Source: Microthyrium microscopicum (lineage: Eukaryota). From it: a stretch of DNA of 64,000 nt. The translations under genes and the position numbers were made by a program. Positions within the stretch are counted from its first letter, which is position 1. Every line of letters begins with the position of its first letter. The DNA lies in assembly GCA_010405405.1 (NCBI GenBank), contig MU004233.1:2334539-2398538 (forward strand), written 5' to 3'. Under the pieces are notes generated by a model. It searched no databases. It was not told where the DNA came from and was given only the letters and a program-made list of their open reading frames with translations. Below are positions 36,100-50,941 of this stretch, piece after piece.

Positions 36100-38299
36100 T
36101 CAGCAAAAGAAACTTATAGACATCGACACTGATAGAACAAGGGCTATTATGGCCATTCTACCATAGCCAGCTGAGCCCTTTCCAGCACCACTTCTGCCCG
36201 TCGTGCTAGGCCGGGCCGTGGATCCTGTCGCCAACATCCCAGCAGTAACCGTCGTCGTTGGCAGAGCAATATTACTTGCTGGCCCACCAATATTACTCAT
36301 CTTTCCATTGACCACCGCCTGTGTTCCACCAGGCAAGACCGTGAATGTCGTTCCATCTACCACGCCCGTTGAGCCAGGCATGACTGTTATCCCGCCGCCA
36401 ATATACGCGCCTGCCTGGCCCGTCAGCGTGACGCTACCGATGGTCAGGGGCGCATACCCGGGAAGGTACTGGGTGTTGCCGTTGACTATGAGTGCAGTGG
36501 GCGTTGCGGGAAGCGCGAGTGTGTTGCCATCGGCGAGAATGATAGTGCCGCCTGGGAGAAGAGTGTTGCCGCTGATTACATAGCCGGGTACGCTGGTTGC
36601 TGGATAGATGATGGAGTTTATTGTTAGTAGTGGAAGAACAGAAGGTGTCAGGAGAATGGGTTGTCCATTGATGGTTATGGCGGTAGGGTTGGCGGCGAGA
36701 CTGAGAACGGTGTTGGCGATAGTGAGAACGGAGCCAGGAAGGAGTGTAGCGCTACCGATTACGACTGCGCCATTGGGGATCTGGGTTGCTGTGGTCGAAG
36801 CAACTGTGATGGTAGGAGGTCGTGTTGTCTGAGAAAGTTGCGAAGGCGTATTATTAATTATGATCTGACTTGGCGTCGGACCGGACGGTAGAGAAAATGT
36901 GGTGCCGTCCACGGTGATAGGATTCCTCGCATCCAGAGTTGAGCCACCGATTACAAATGAAGGTTCGGCATTGTTGGGACTTATGGTTGAAGAGCCAATG
37001 ATGAGAATTGGCGACTGAGTGGACGTGGGAACCGGGGGCGAGGTCACAACATTAGTTTTGGGAATGTCTGTAGGCCCTGGTCCGTCCAAAGTCCCCGTGT
37101 CTGTCTGTTCTACATGGACAATGTTGATCTGGAATCGTTGCTCATATGTGATGTCTACAATGACAACCATGGTAGGCTCTGGAGCGCGCCAATAGCCTGG
37201 CACACAACTAGCAAATCCACTTGGAAGCTGGAAATTTTGCATAGCTCGTGTATTGAGTTTTGCGCTTGGTGTTGGCCAATATGTCAATTGATCGGTGAGA
37301 TCATCTGGGAATGATACCCTCTGGGGCGCTACAGACATGGTCGAAGTTTGCGGTCGAGGACATGAGCTATTTCGAGACCCCTGTTCATTGACAATGCTAT
37401 CATATTGAATGATCTCGACTTCGGTTATGTAGAGGACTGGATCACTCGGAGTGCTATGGGAATTGGTTAGTACTCAAGTTATTGTTTGGGCGGGTACTTA
37501 CGCAGTGAGGCCTTCCGCAAACGCAGATATGGTATAGGTGGGATCTGGCGGCAGTGTGAGGATGCTCTGGCGTTGCTCGGCATCGAAGAAACTGTTTCCC
37601 GACGCATTGGGGGCAATTTGATAAACTGTGGAAACAGCAGTACTATGAGCAACAGGTGGAGGAAGAGTTGTCATTATGTAACCGGTTGTGTACTCGTTCT
37701 CGATGCTTGTATAGGTGATGTCCAGGGAGTCGATGGCATCAGCGATGTTGATAGTCGATGTTGGGTAATATGTTAAGGAGTATAGATCCTCGTCACCATC
37801 GAAAGTGGTAACAACCCGTGCGATGATATCGTACATTGTCTCTGGAAACCACCAGACCAACCCTGCTACGGCGTTAACAGTGCAGTCGCAATCCGTGTTT
37901 CCATCATCCTCGTCGCCTCTCCCATTTCCGCCGTTGGTAGAGACTTTTGTGCCATTATTCGATTGATCTGGACTTCTCGGCTCTGTTCCTGCCGGATCGT
38001 GAGACTTATATGGAGAAGAAGACTGAGCGATTCGCGGGGGAGCTGATTGCGATGCCGGCGAGGAGACAGAATTTTTTATGAAAGCTGTAGATGGCTCCGT
38101 CTGTAAGGCTCCGTTCGAGGATTTCGCATCACGAACTGTTGCTTGTTAGTATGACATAGGTAACGACATTCCAATCGAAATATTTACCACTTCCCACATC
38201 CCTCCTATCTCTCATATAAACTCGATTCAAATTTTCATCCCCCGCATCCACAAATCCTAGGAAAGCTGCGAGATTGACTACCAGCAGCCATAGGCGCAT
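36100..38299 (-). CDS. Secreted Ser/Thr/Gly-rich cell-surface protein, probably GPI-anchored; exons 38299-38188, 38135-37502, 37453-36100 (~699 aa)
   Basis: Signal peptide MRLWLLVVNLAAFLGFVDA; two canonical introns join the ORFs in frame; repeats of the type (I/V)IG(S/G)xTL.PG..IT(V/I)DGTT.SL; hydrophobic C-terminus after SGAGKGS. Confidence 0.8.
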
Positions 38300-41200
38300 G
38301 TCGCCGAATTTAGTAATCAAGCGAAAGTGTCATGGAAAGGATTTACGGGAAGGATCATAGCATTGTGTGAGCGACTAACACTTTGCAAGCAAACGAAGGT
38401 GTAGAATCACTGAGTGATCAAAGATTAAGCATCGGTTCAGTAGAATCTCCAAGGCAAGGAGTCGGTCATTTCATATCGTCACTTTTGTTCTGATCTAAGC
38501 CATGTTTTCCACATGGCGCACTAGGGGTAATCGTACAAGTCTAATTCCATCGGAACCGGCACTTCCTTCCCGTCCTAGAATATTCTATCATCAGTCTTGT
38601 CTTGCGGTAGGCAACCAGACGACCAAGCGACATCCATCGCTTAGTTAAGCCATTTTGATAGCAGTTTGGGTTGGAGGCGTGGTAAACCCCTCAGAACGAG
38701 GCTTGAAGTTGGCGATACAAAAGGAGTACCTTCCCCAATACGGTTAGACCATTGAGCTAAACACCACGAGGCTGACAACGCGCCGCTCACACGCGACTTG
38801 AAATTTCCAATTCTTTTCAAAAGGAGAATTCCGGTCAAGTTTCAGAAGGGACTTGGTGTTTAAAGATCCAGTTAGGTACTTACATAATGGCGGAATCCAC
38901 ATTGTCAACATGTTTAACATATCACTATGGTATGATCCTCACATTTGCTGCCCCTTCAACTATTTTGTACAGGAGATGCTGATTCTCAACAGTTAACGGG
39001 TGTTGCGGAAGCTTGAGAAGTCTAAGAAGCACCGGAATCCGCATTACTTGAAGCATTTGCGGATACGGTAGTGTTTGTACATCAAGCACCTTACTTAGTT
39101 CATAGACTAGGGATAAGGCTTTTAAGAGTGGAATCGCTTGACTCGAAGATGATATCATACAGCAAAAAAGGATTCTCCTTGATTATCTTCATAATTGAGA
39201 TTTGATCCAAAATCATGATTCGGCTTCAATCTGGTGGTCATGGCCAAGATAGTATCATTCCAGCTGGAGTTGCTGAAGGCTGTACCCTGTGTACAGCAGT
39301 GTACTCAATACTCATCTTAGATTCTTAACAACCGGAAATTATTTGACGTCGATCCCTTCGTCTACAGTCGACACCGTGGCGCTTTTAGGTGCATCTCTGG
39401 ATCCACCGTCCCAATCCTAAAGCGGTTACCACCACCTAATTTTTGCAGGGTATAGCCGAAGGGCTATTATCTAAAGGGGCGTGATAATTATTCACATCTT
39501 TAAAGCATAAATTATTACATATAGGTTAAATTTAAGTATTAGTATTACTAAATCTACTACTGCTCCCTAATAACTCGTTTAAGATTAATATAATCCCCTT
39601 CTATTACTATAAGATTATTTAATTAGTTCTTATCCAAAATACTAATAAAATATATACTTACAATGCTTATAATACAATCTAAAACATTCATAACAAAGTA
39701 GGACGATATCTAGACATTTTATATAATAAAATCTAATAGTTAAAATATATCTTTTAGGTTAACCATTTGCCTTTAGCTAACGGTAAAAGAAGCATATTCC
39801 TCTTCTACTATTGCTAAAGAGCATTATAATATGCTTACTAGCTGCGAGTTATATTATAGGAAGCTTACTACCTAAATAAGCAATTATCTAAGATCTATAA
39901 CTTTTAAAGTAGTATTTTACCTTTTCGTAAGCCTATACTATTAAATACTTTATATATTCGATTCCTTTATCTTTAATAATACCTAAAACACATAAATTCT
40001 AGGCCAAAATAGTACGGAATTGCCTTACATTTAATAGATGTCATTAAAAGTAGTTTTTATTAGCTCTAGCGTAGTATAGTTGCATGTCCTATTAAACCTC
40101 TAGAGCTAAGATATACGCATTTCTAACGGTTGCATTAAGGTTAAAAAAGAATAGAGGGAACTACGTTTAATAGCCTAAAATAAAGATGTATTAGTACAGA
40201 ATTTTAAGAGCTTTCGAATAGTACTATTTTTAAGAAAAAATATTAAGAATTAACTTCTATAAAAACTCTAGCGGCGTTCTCTTACTTTAGTAGTAGACTA
40301 TATAATAAGCTTGCTACTAGTTCGTAATATTAATACCGCCTATAAATAAATTATAATCTATAGCTACGGTAGGCTATTTAAGATATTTATAAGAATATAA
40401 AGAATAGTTTAAAGTAAGGGAAATAGATTCTAAGAACTAGTATTAAAATAAGACTAATACTTAATCTCTCTAGAGATTAAGTTTATTCCTTTACTTATAC
40501 TCTTCTCTATCTTCTTTTTAGTAAGGCTACCTCTTTTTCTTATTCTTAGCTCTATTTAGCTTTATTTTATTATAGTAAAGAATAGATACTATCTATATTA
40601 ATTTAGTAGTTTACTAATAAAAAGCTTTTCTATAGCATATTATAAAAGTAAAGAAAGTAAAAAGGTAATAAAATACTTACACCTTTATAGTAAGTTTATA
40701 AGAGTCTATAATAAAGCTTCTTTTTCTAAAGAAAGTTACTTTTAATAACTTAGCTATTATATCTTTTTTTTTTAGTAAGTATAGTCTTAATTTATAATAT
40801 TCTTATCTTTAAAGTTACTATAATATTTATTATATAAGTAATAATAACTCTATTTATTATAAGAGTATTATATATATATATAATACTAAAATATTTTAGA
40901 ACTATAATACTTTATCTTCTTAATACTATAACTTTTTCTTTTTATAAGTAATTTATAAGTATATTATTTACTTAAAATCTTAAAAGTTTTAAAAACTATA
41001 TTTTTTTAGAGTCCTTAATTTAACTTATATTCTTTTTATATTCTATTTATACTCTTTTTACTTATCTTTAATACTTTTAGCTTTTTAATATATATTCTAA
41101 TAGTATTTTAATTATTCTTCTATAATATCTTTTTATTATTATTCTAGTAGTTTATATAGTAATAGTTTATCCTATTAAGACTTTATTAACGTTAATTTCT

Positions 41201-44200
41201 TTAGTAATAATAATTTTATTAATAATAATAATTTATAAAAGAGTAAGTAGTTAGTTAATCTTAACTTAAGTAATTATTCTTTAAGAATATATTATACTTT
41301 TTAAAAGTTTTAATAGTCTTAATAGTAAAGTAGCTAACCTTTTAAGTATATAACTTACTAATATTCTATTACTCTTTATACTTTATAGAGTTCTTAGTAT
41401 ACTTTTAAGAAGCTTAAGTTATATAATTATAACTTAATTTAACTTACTAATTAGATAGCCTTCTTAGAGCCTTAAGGAAGCTTATTAACTCCTTATATCT
41501 TATTACTCTTAGGCTATATTATTACTAATACTAATTTACTATTTATTTCTTATTTAGCTTAACGTAGTATAGATAGCTTTATTTACCCTATTTAAATACT
41601 TATTAGTACTATAATAGTTAACTTAATTACTAAATTTACTCTATAGCTAGCCTATACTTCTTAAGCTAATAAAAAATATTATTATAAGAATACTCTATTA
41701 CTAAAGCCTTTATAGCTACCTATTACTTATTTTATAATTAAAAAGTAAACTACTTATTAAAGTACTTCTATACTACTTTATATATTATCTCTAAAGAATA
41801 AAGAGTCTAAGTTAAATAACTTACTTAATAAGCTAAAAGATATAGACTTAGGTTTTATAGCCTAAACTACTTAGTAGTAAGCCTTTATAGTAAATATATT
41901 ATAAGTAACTTACCTAATTCTTTTACTAACTTATACTTTTATAAAATATTACTTAAATTATATCTTATTCTTAAGCTATATTTATTCTACTTTTTTTTTT
42001 ATATTATTTCTAATATTTATAAAATATTATTAATAATATAGTTTACTATTATTTTAATAGTAGCTATATTTTATAGAGTACTATATATAGTTATAAAGAT
42101 AACTTTACTAAATACTATTACTATACCTATTAAAAGTATTATTATAATATTATAAGTATTTTATTAATAATTTAGATATAGCTTACATACTAACCTCTAT
42201 TTAAGTATCTATAGTCTTTAATAAAGTTATAAATAACTTAATCTACTTATATATCTATTTTATATTTCTTAACTTTATAAGTTCTATTATAGTTATTATA
42301 CTTTTAGGTTCCTTTATTAAGTTTTATTAATATAGTAATATATATTATATTTATAATAAAGAGTTAATACGTTATTAATAAGCTTATAATACTTTTATTA
42401 TAGCTTAGTATTATATAGAGAGTTACCTAAGAGGCTATAGCTATTTTATAGCTTTAGATATAATATTCTATATTTATATTATACTTAGTTATATTAAAAA
42501 TATATTAAAATAAGCTAATAATATTTAGTATCTTAATATAGGTTCTCTTACGTTTTATCTATAAGTTATACTTTTATTAACTATTATTTTTAGAATTATC
42601 TTCTACTTATATTCTATACTTAGTTATAAGTTTAAGTACTTATCTAGCTTATAAGAATCTACTTAGAAGGCTTTAAATTACTTAATTCTTATTAAGAGCT
42701 AAGTCTTACTACTAATAACTTTTTATTATCTTTACTTATTAGTAGTTTATTTATATAAAGTAATTATCTTTATATCTATTTTTTATTTTCTTTAGTCTAA
42801 AATAGAGAAAATATTACTATATTTAGGACTTATATACTTCTTAAATTTATTTTAGATATTAATACCTTATACTTTATAGTATATTTATTTATTATAGAAA
42901 AGATTAAGGATAAGAAAGTAGGTAGTATATAAACTAAGTAGTCTAATAAAGAGACTATACTACTCTTTTATAGCTCTTTTCTAGCTACTTAGGCTTAGGC
43001 TTAATATATTAATAAAATAGCTTACTCTTTTTATTAATTTTAGTAGTATTATATTATTAATAAAGTAACTATTTACTATAACCTAGATAGTAATATTAAT
43101 TCTATTAGTACTAATTCTAACTATTTTTATTCTTTTTCTATACTTATAGTATCTATAACTTATAATATTCTTTTATTTATTTACTTATCTACTAATAGCG
43201 TACTAATTACTTTAACTATATTTATTATATACTTCTTTTTTAGTAATCTTAAAGTAATTAATAGTATCTAATACTTACTTTTAAAGTTATAGTATCTTAA
43301 TATATAGAATTAGGATCTAGTAATTAGATTACGTTTTAATTATATAAATATTATATTTATTTATTTCTTTAGGTATAAGTTACTAGTCTTAATATCTTTT
43401 AGGATTAGCTTTTTTATTAACTTATTATTTATAGTTATAATATTTAGAAAAAATTCTTATTTTTTATTATATTTACTAGTAGTTTATTTTTTCTATCTTT
43501 ATAAAAAAGAGTCTTTTTTTTATAGTATTAGTTTATTAGTTTCTTATAAGACTTTTTAATTTTATTTAAGTTTTATTTATATCTTACTAGTAGTTTACTT
43601 AGCTATAATTTTTACTATTTTTATTTTTAGTTTTCTATTTTTTATTTTATTAGTTAATTACTTTTCTATAGTAAATAAAAAGCGTATAAAAATCTTCTTT
43701 TTCTTATAACGCCTTTTTTTATAGTTTTATTCTTCTTTTTTTCTTTTTTTTATAATAGTAAACTTAAGTCTACTAGCTTCTTTAAAAACCTTAATTAAGT
43801 CTTATACGTTTTTATAGTTTTTTTCTTATTTCTAAGAATTATAGGTTAAAAAATAGCTTTATTAATAAATAAAGTATTTAACTTTCTTTTTCTATTTCCT
43901 TTTATTTAAGATAGTTCTTATTTCTTATTCTTTTTTATTTTTTAGCTTAATAGCTATAAAGAGCTTTAGTTCTTCTTAACTTTCTCTTTAATAATATAGT
44001 TTAAGTTTAAATATATAAAAAATATTATAGATTTAGTAGCTTATTAAAAGGTTTAGTTAGTAAGCTTATTCTCTAACTATATCTTAAATACTAAATAGTT
44101 TTATATAGTAAAAGGCTAGCTTCTTACTTAATAGTTTAAGTTTAATATTCTCTATTAATAGTAAGACCTTATTTTTTATATAGAATAATATTAGAATATA

Positions 44201-47200
44201 CTTTTTATTATAGAACTTAGCTTAGTATTTTATTACTTTTTCTTAGCATTTTATTATCTTTTCTTAATCTTATTCTATTTTTATTACTCTTTACTTTACT
44301 ACTATTATCTTACTTCTCTTTTTTTTAAGCTTATTTTTAGAGTCTATAAAGAAATTTACTAAAAAAGTTAGTTTATATTTTATTTTAGCTATATTTAAAG
44401 TATAGTTAAGTATCTTATTATAAGACGTATTTATTACTTATTATACTATAAGTAGAAGGCTTAATTAATTTATTTAGTTTTTAGTAGTAAAGGCTTATAA
44501 ATAATATCTTAGTACTAAGTTTTATTACTTAGTTTAGCTATTAGTTTATAGATATTAAGCTATAGATAGCTTATATTTTACTTTTCTTACTTAGTATAGT
44601 TTAGTCTAAAATTTATTTATAAAGATAAATTCTTTATTTAATATAATACTTATTAGTAAGCTTTTTTTTAAGAAAATTCTTTTTTCTATAAGTTTTACTA
44701 ACTCTTTAATAATTATATCTTTTATAATTTTAATATATCTTATTTATTTAGTATATTAATTTATAATTACTAGTATAGTATTCAATATTATAAATTTATA
44801 TTTATAAAGTAGTAAACTTATAATAAAGTTTATAATAATTTCTTATTATAATTAAATTAGTTAAGGTAGAGACTTTAACTTACTATAAAGTTAATATTAT
44901 TTTACTTTTATTCTTTAATAAACTAGGTAAGTTTTTATATATATCTATATATTCTTTTTTATCTTTAGCTAGTAAAATTATTTATAAAGTAGTTTTATAA
45001 TACCTTAAACCCTTAAGTATTTTATTAATAGATTATTATAATATATTACTAAGAGTTTATTTCTTAAGATAAGCTTATAAAGTATATATAGTTAGCTTTT
45101 ATAGTAAAGATAGTTTCTTTAAATTAACTAAGTATTTTTTAGTTATTAAGTTTTTTTAAACTCTAGCTATATATTAAGTACTTTTTAAATATACTTAAAT
45201 TCTTTATTACTATCTTAAGTAACTTAAACTAAGATAATTAGTATATTTAAAGCTTCTTTATTTATAATATATAAATTTTATATTACTTCTCTTACTATAG
45301 TTTTTAGAATATAAATATAGTTTAAAATAGTAACTACTTTTTAAAAGCTAAAAGAGTCTTTACTCTCTTTATTTATAATATCTTAGCTACTTATTTACTT
45401 ATAAAGTATCTTACTTATTCTTAATATATTTAATACTAAGTAGTACTTAATATTAAATATCTTATTTATAAGGTTATACTTATTTATTATTAGTATTTTA
45501 TTAGTAAGTTACTTTATTAATTTAAGATTATTTATAAAGACTAACTTTTTTTATTCTTTTTCTAAAAAAAGTCTTAACTTTTTCTAAAAAGTAGATAGTA
45601 AGTTATTTATAGCTTATTCTATAGTAGTATAGTTAAGTTATCTTAATAGTATATTTATAGAATTTATTTTTTTACTTTAATACCTAATATAGAAGTTATA
45701 CTTTATTAATATAATTACCTAGTATACTTAGTATCTATTTAAGTTCTTTTATTTTATAAACTTTATTAAATTATTATAGTTAGTTAAAATCTTAATAAAG
45801 TAGTAACTATTCTTAAAATAATATTATTAATATTTTATAGCTTTAATAATAATAAGAAGCTTTTAGTTATAGATTTAATAGTTAATTTTAGCCTTTATTA
45901 ATTTTCTTAATTAAAAAGTAATAAAATACTATTAGCTATTTTTTTATAACTAAGAAAAAATACTTATAATAATATATTAAAATATATTAGTTTTAAGGTA
46001 AATTCTCTTCTCTAAGTTAAAATATATAAAAATAAAAATTTTATTAAAAACTATATAGAGTATATAAAATACTTATACTACTTTCTTTATTTAAATAAAA
46101 GGTTTATATTTCTTTTTAAGTTATATATTCTTAAATAAGTTAATTAAGAGTTTTATTATTTTTAAGTAGCCTTTAATAAACTTATAATAAAAATTTATAA
46201 AGCTAATAAATACTTATATATTATTATAGCTTTTAAGCTTTAGCTATTTTATAATAGACTTAACTTAATTAAGATTTATTTTTACTTTTTTTATAAAGAC
46301 TATAAAACTAAGAAATTTTACCTTATTAGTAAAGAATTAGTATTTTTTAGGATTAGTATAAAGCTTAATAGCTAGTAAGTATTTTAATATAGTATATATA
46401 TTATAAATATAATTCTTATATATTTTAGAAAAAATAAGAATATTATTAAAGTAGATAATATAAATAATATCTAAGAATTTTATTAATACTTTATAAATAT
46501 AGGCTTAGAATATAGTTAAAGTATTAGTAAGTTTAAAAAATATAACTTAATATTTATAGTATTTATATTAAATATAGAATATTATCTTTTATTAATCTTA
46601 TTCTCTAATAAATATCTAAGTATAGATATTCTTAAAATTTATTTTAGTATAGTATATTACTTTATTAAGTTAATTTAATATTTTACTTATTAAAGAAAGT
46701 AAATAATAGTTCTTAATAGTAACTATATTAAGTAAGTAGTAGTTTATATAAAGTTATAATTCTTTATTCTTCTTAAATATAAAAAGTATAAATACTTTAG
46801 CTAAGCTAGTTAATTCCTAAATCTAGCCTTTTATAAAAGCTAATTTAAAGTATTTTTATAGTACTTTAAGTTTTATTACTAATAAATTATAAATAAGTTT
46901 AAAAAAAGGGTTTATAGTTATTTTAATAATATATTTAATATCTTTAGAGATAGGTTTACTCTTATCTTTAGCTTTAACTTAAGAAACTAAATCCTATAGC
47001 TTTTATAATAGTCTATTCTTTAAATTAATATTTACTTATAAGCTTAGCTTAAAGCTAATACTAGAAATTTTTATTTTTCTACTATTTAAGTATAAATACT
47101 TATTAAATTTTATAATTAGTTTAAATACTTTACTATATTTTTATAGCTTTTTTTTAAATATACTCTAGTTTATAATCTTATATTTTAGCTTCTTTTTCCT

Positions 47201-50176
47201 AAATAGCTACTTCTTTTATTTTAAATAAATAAAGATATTATATTTTTCTTATAGAGAAGTTCTTTATATTATAGAGTAAGTATATTTAGTTTAATTAAAA
47301 GAAAAAAAATAGTATTTAATATCTTTATAAATACTAGAAGAGTCTTTATAATAAAAATATAGTTAATATATATTATAATATTTACTTTTTATTATATTAT
47401 TAATAAAACTTATAGCTTAAATACTTTCTATAGTTACTTTTTTAAAGCTATAATATTATATAAGTTATTTATTAATAATATTAATTTAACTATTAGTATT
47501 TAAAAGAATATTTATAAATTAGTTTTCTATAATAAAAGGAAGGTTAGCTATTATCTAAATCTATATTTCTATAATTTAATTTAGTATTATAAAGATAAGA
47601 TTCTTAACTTTTATAATACTTACTTTTTTTTTAGATTAATTCTAGATTCTAATAAGAAGAAGATAATATTTAAGTTTTTTCTTTAGTCTTTATATTTTAA
47701 AAAACTTTCTTACCTTTAAGTAGCTTAAGAGCTTCTTAAAGGCTTATTATACTTATTTATATAATATTTAAATAAGTTATAATTATAATAAATAATTCCT
47801 TTATATATTTTACTATTTTTTCTAGGCTTTATACTTACTAGTAGGTAAGTTAATAGTATATATTTTATATAACTTTTATATTTTTATTATTTACCTTAGC
47901 TACTTTATAGATTATAATTTAATTATAAGAATTAAGAATTAATATTACTTAATAAGTCTTTTTATAAGTACTTATAAATAATTTACTAAAAGTATTTAGT
48001 AGCGTTAATTATATTTAGTCTAATAGTTAGAATATATTTTATTAATTTAATTTATTTTTATAGTTTTAGGGTTAGCTTAGTAAAGAATTTTAAGTATTAT
48101 TTATCTCTTTTATAAGTTATATTAATATTAAGTTAGGTCTTTAATAAGTTTAAGTAAATATTAAACTTTATAAAAGTCTAAGTAGAATACTACTTAGCTT
48201 TTTTAAGTTTTTTAATAACTAAAAATTTAGCTATAATAGAGTAAGTATATTAATATTAAAGCTATTTTATAAACTTTTCTTAAGTCTAAGTTAATAGCTT
48301 AATTTTCTTTTTCTTTAGGTTTTATTAAGTTTATAAGTTAGGACTTATAAATTAGCTAATCTATTTAATATAGTTTTCTTATATAGTAAATTAAAAAAGT
48401 ACTAAATAAAAAATATTTTTTATACTTATAGTCTAGTTAATAAGTTCTTATTAAGTCTTATATTAAAGAACTATAAGGTTAGTAGGTTTTAGTTCTTTTA
48501 GTTAAAAAGAAGAAAAAGGATTTTATTAAGAGGCTTATAATAAGGCTATAATTTTATTATAAAGCTATTACGTTTTAGCTACGTATATTTATTTTTATTT
48601 ATTAATTTAAGCTATTACTATATAAAAGATAGCTAAAGTAGCTTCTAAGTCTATTAGTAGTAATAGGCTATTATATTAACTTAAGTTATTATTTAAGTTA
48701 TTATCTAAGTTATTATCTAAGTCTTTATTTTTATCTTTATCTTTATTTTAGCCTTTATTAGAGTTTTTTATATTTCTTATTATTATAAGAATTTATTAAA
48801 CTTATTACTATATAGTATATATATAAAAAATAGTTTAAAGTAAGAGAAATAAATTCTAAGAATTAGTATTAAGATAAGACTAATACTTAATCTTCTAAGA
48901 GATTAAATCTATTTCTTTACTTATACTCCTCTTTATTTCTTTTTTAGTAAGGCTATCTCTTTTTCTTATTCTTAGCTCTATTTTAGCTTTATTTTATTAT
49001 AATAAAAAGTAAGTACTATCTATATTAATTTAGTAGTTTATTAATAAAAAGCCTTTCTATAGCGTATTATAAGAGTAAAGTAAGTAAAAAGATAGTAAGA
49101 TATCTATGCCTTTATAATAAGTTTATAAAAGTTTATAATAAAGCTTTCTTTTTTAAAGAAAGTTACTTTTAACGACTTAACTATTATATTTTTCTCTTTT
49201 AATAGGTATAGTCTTAACTTATAGTATTCTTATCTTTAGAGTTACTATAATACTTATTATATAAATAATAATAATTCTATTTATTATAATAGTATTATAT
49301 ATATATATAATACTAAATATTTTAGAACTATAATACTTTATTTTCTTAATACTATAATCTTTTCTTTTTATAAGTAATTTATAAGTATATTACCTACCTA
49401 AAATCTTAAAAGTTTTTAAAACTATATCTTTTTAAAGTTCTTAATTTAACTTATATTTTTTTTATACTCTATTTATACTTTCTTTACTTATTTCTAATAT
49501 TTTTAATTTTTTAATATATATTTTAATAGTGTTTTAATTATTTTTTTATAATATCTTTTTATTATTATTTTAGTAGTTTATATAGTAATAGTTTATTCTA
49601 TTAAGACTTTATTAATATTAATTTCTTTAATAATAACAACTTTATTAATAATAATAATTTATAAAAGAGTAAGTAGTTAGTTAATCTTAACTTAAGTAAT
49701 TATTCTTTAGAAATATATTATATCTTTTAAGAGTTTTAATAATCTTAATAATATAATAGCTAACTTTTTAAGTATATAACTTACTAACGTTTTACTACTC
49801 CTTATACTCTATAAAGTCCTTAATATATCCTTAAGAGGCTTAAATTATATAATTATAACTTAGTCTAACTTATTAACTAAGTAGCCCTTTTAGAGTCTTA
49901 AGGAGGCTTATTAACTCCTTATATCTTATTACCCTTAGGCTATATTATTACTAGTACTAATTTACTATTTATTTCTTATTTAGCCTAATATAGTATTAAT
50001 AGCTTTTATTACTTACTCTAAGTATTTCTTAGTACTACTATAATTAACTTAATTACTAATTTTATTTTATAGTTAACCTATACTTTATACGTCTTTTAAG
50101 CTAATAGAAAATATTATTATAAGGATACTCTATTATTAAAGCTTTTATAACTACCTACTACTTATTCTATAATTAA

Positions 50177-50941
50177 NNNNNNNNNNNNNNNNNNNNNNNN
50201 NNNNNNNNNNNNNNNNNNNNNNNNNNNNNNNNNNNNNNNNNNNNNNNNNNNNNNNNNNNNNNNNNNNNNNNNNNNNNNNNNNNNNNNNNNNNNNNNNNNN
50301 NNNNNNNNNNNNNNNNNNNNNNNNNNNNNNNNNNNNNNNNNNNNNNNNNNNNNNNNNNNNNNNNNNNNNNNNNNNNNNNNNNNNNNNNNNNNNNNNNNNN
50401 NNNNNNNNNNNNNNNNNNNNNNNNNNNNNNNNNNNNNNNNNNNNNNNNNNNNNNNNNNNNNNNNNNNNNNNNNNNNNNNNNNNNNNNNNNNNNNNNNNNN
50501 NNNNNNNNNNNNNNNNNNNNNNNNNNNNNNNNNNNNNNNNNNNNNNNNNNNNNNNNNNNNNNNNNNNNNNNNNNNNNNNNNNNNNNNNNNNNNNNNNNNN
50601 NNNNNNNNNNNNNNNNNNNNNNNNNNNNNNNNNNNNNNNNNNNNNNNNNNNNNNNNNNNNNNNNNNNNNNNNNNNNNNNNNNNNNNNNNNNNNNNNNNNN
50701 NNNNNNNNNNNNNNNNNNNNNNNNNNNNNNNNNNNNNNNNNNNNNNNNNNNNNNNNNNNNNNNNNNNNNNNNNNNNNNNNNNNNNNNNNNNNNNNNNNNN
50801 NNNNNNNNNNNNNNNNNNNNNNNNNNNNNNNNNNNNNNNNNNNNNNNNNNNNNNNNNNNNNNNNNNNNNNNNNNNNNNNNNNNNNNNNNNNNNNNNNNNN
50901 NNNNNNNNNNNNNNNNNNNNNNNNNNNNNNNNNNNNNNNNN
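50177..50941. other. Assembly gap (N run)
   Basis: Run of Ns. Confidence 0.99.

Noticed and set aside
38641..39158. Short ORFs beside the piggyBac left end
   Set aside because: No recognisable homology; may be non-coding or a decayed gene
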